Source: Octopus bimaculoides
Taxonomy: Eukaryota
DNA: 64,000 bases
Assembly (NCBI RefSeq): GCF_001194135.2
Contig: NC_068998.1
Coordinates: forward strand, 46,605,235 to 46,669,234
Direction: 5' to 3'
Each line of letters opens with the position of its first letter. The first letter of the stretch is position 1. Both the position numbers and the translations under genes were made by a program. Below, in pieces: positions 63,902 through 64,000 of this stretch. Under the pieces are notes generated by a model that saw nothing but the letters and a program-made list of their open reading frames with translations, made no database searches and was not told the DNA's origin.

Positions 63902-64000
<99 letters not shown>

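Overview
Repeat-rich, AT-rich animal DNA with many N-gaps. It is almost certainly a cephalopod (Octopus-type) draft assembly, inferred from the microsatellite load and the tRNA-derived SINE repertoire. One protein-coding gene is supported, on the + strand: an NHS-family / GUK-holder-like WAVE-homology-domain (WHD) scaffold. Four exons (31973-32238, 43648-44683, 50044-50197, 58604-61709) join through canonical GT-AG introns with matching phases (0, 1, 2) into one open frame of about 1519 aa. The N-terminal half of the WHD lies upstream of the window or in a gap. The most notable protein-level signal is a four-copy array of R-x-x-S-Y-R-x-A-hydrophobic motifs matching the SAPAP/GKAP phospho-dependent DLG guanylate-kinase-binding consensus, plus a candidate GILK + RVxF-like PP1 docking pair in the same exon. 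The rest is intronic. It holds at least five SINE families, decayed mariner/Tc1 elements, RTE and Dong/R4-type LINE fragments and several MITEs, one with a 6-bp TSD and a TTAGGG core. It also holds a degenerate 5S-derived segment, transcription-factor-site-rich minisatellites and simple repeats. Nearly all ORF-track entries are artefacts of simple repeats or gaps. No prokaryote-type system (CRISPR, operon) is present. Family and motif assignments come from recalled consensus sequences, not database searches.
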